A DNA stretch of 63,640 nucleotides, counting the filler, from Octopus bimaculoides (Eukaryota), in the NCBI RefSeq assembly GCF_001194135.2. It is 9 parts of 9 records of this genome, joined end to end, with 100 filler letters (N's around TTAATTAATTAA, not from the genome) between each part and the next. Parts side by side here need not be neighbours in the genome. Positions count along the whole stretch, not along the records: positions 60,836 to 63,640 come from NW_026343229.1; 8 more parts are not named here. One strand, 5' to 3'. How positions within the stretch are numbered: the first letter of the stretch is position 1; each line of letters begins with the position of its first letter. The notes beneath the pieces were generated by a model, which worked only from the letters and a program-made list of their open reading frames with translations, did no database searches and was not told the DNA's origin. Below are positions 62,762-63,640 of this stretch, one piece after another. The position numbers and the translations under genes were made by a program.

Positions 62762-62976
62762 CTTTTCTACTCTAGGCACAAGGGCTGTAATCTTTTTTGG
62801 GAAGGCGGCCAGTCGATTTGATCGACCCCAGTACGCAACTGGTACTTAATTTATCGACCCCTGAAAAGACGAAAGGCAAAGTCGACCTCGGCGGAATTTG
62901 AACTCAGAACGTAACGGCAGACGAAATACCGCTAAGCATTTCGTCCGGCGTGCTAACGTTTCTGCCAGGTCGCCAA
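62762..62976 (-). mobile_element. SINE family A (tail type ccttgtgcctagagtagaaaag), young-looking copy flanked by (AAT)n
   Basis: Nearly complete head, B box and central domain. Confidence 0.93.
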
Positions 62977-63001
62977 TAATAATAACAATAATGATAATAA
63001 A

Positions 63002-63053
<52 letters not shown>

Positions 63054-63606
63054 NNNNNNNNNNNNNNNNNNNNNNNNNNNNNNNNNNNNNNNNNNNNNNN
63101 NNNNNNNNNNNNNNNNNNNNNNNNNNNNNNNNNNNNNNNNNNNNNNNNNNNNNNNNNNNNNNNNNNNNNNNNNNNNNNNNNNNNNNNNNNNNNNNNNNNN
63201 NNNNNNNNNNNNNNNNNNNNNNNNNNNNNNNNNNNNNNNNNNNNNNNNNNNNNNNNNNNNNNNNNNNNNNNNNNNACCCCTTTAAAAAACAAACAAACAA
63301 AAAAGGGTTTCCTTTCATTCTCCGCTTTTTAGTAAAGCGCCCACCCCCATTGACCCCTTTGTTTGGGAAAGGATGGAGCAGAGGGCTTGTAGGGGTAGTG
63401 GAGTGGAGGGGGTGGGGGCGTGGGGGTATGTGGGACTCTGTGTTTAGGGTTTTAGGCTCTTAACGATGTAACTCAAGTGTGTGTGTGTGTGTGTGTGTTT
63501 TTGTGCCTGTTCATATGTACGTACGCACAACCATATATAGACATCTCTCTCTTTCTCACTTTCTCGTTTTTCTTCACACTCGCACACACACATACATACA
63601 ACCCCC

Positions 63607-63638
<32 letters not shown>

Positions 63639-63640
63639 TA

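Noticed and set aside
63408-63434. G-quadruplex motif G5-T-G5-CGT-G5-TATGT-G3
   Set aside because: The pattern is real but common, with no functional context.
1-63640. CRISPR arrays, rRNA, snRNA, prokaryotic operons or defence systems
   Set aside because: No repeat-spacer arrays, conserved rRNA/snRNA motifs or gene-dense segments were seen. The sequence is eukaryotic repeat-rich DNA.

Overview
Eukaryotic, AT-rich, microsatellite-dense draft genomic DNA with many N gaps. The SINE complement and repeat style suggest an octopus (cephalopod); this is an inference and no database was searched. Eight identical 100-bp spacers (N44-TTAATTAATTAA-N44) split the window into nine contig pieces whose adjacency is not guaranteed. 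One clear host gene is present: an intronless LAP1/LULL1 (torsin-activator, TOR1AIP-like) CDS at 18105-19049 (+), which appears to lack the family's arginine finger. A cluster of short minus-strand candidate exons at 5.4-6.0 kb points to a second, unidentified gene. The rest is transposon debris: RTE LINE fragments, two Penelope-like GIY-YIG fragments, two R4/Dong-like copies abutting (TAA)n, three mariner relics, at least five SINE-like families, a 450-bp foldback element, mini- and microsatellites. The most interesting signals are: (i) a tRNA-like Pol III head lying just upstream of a hammerhead-ribozyme core (48.06-48.30 kb, minus); (ii) a second hammerhead-like core inside the foldback element, with a compensatory stem-II change between its arms; (iii) the finger-less torsin cofactor; (iv) a 30-bp in-place micro-inversion that truncates an otherwise open GIY-YIG frame; and (v) a shared AGAAACG start in two SINE target-site duplications.
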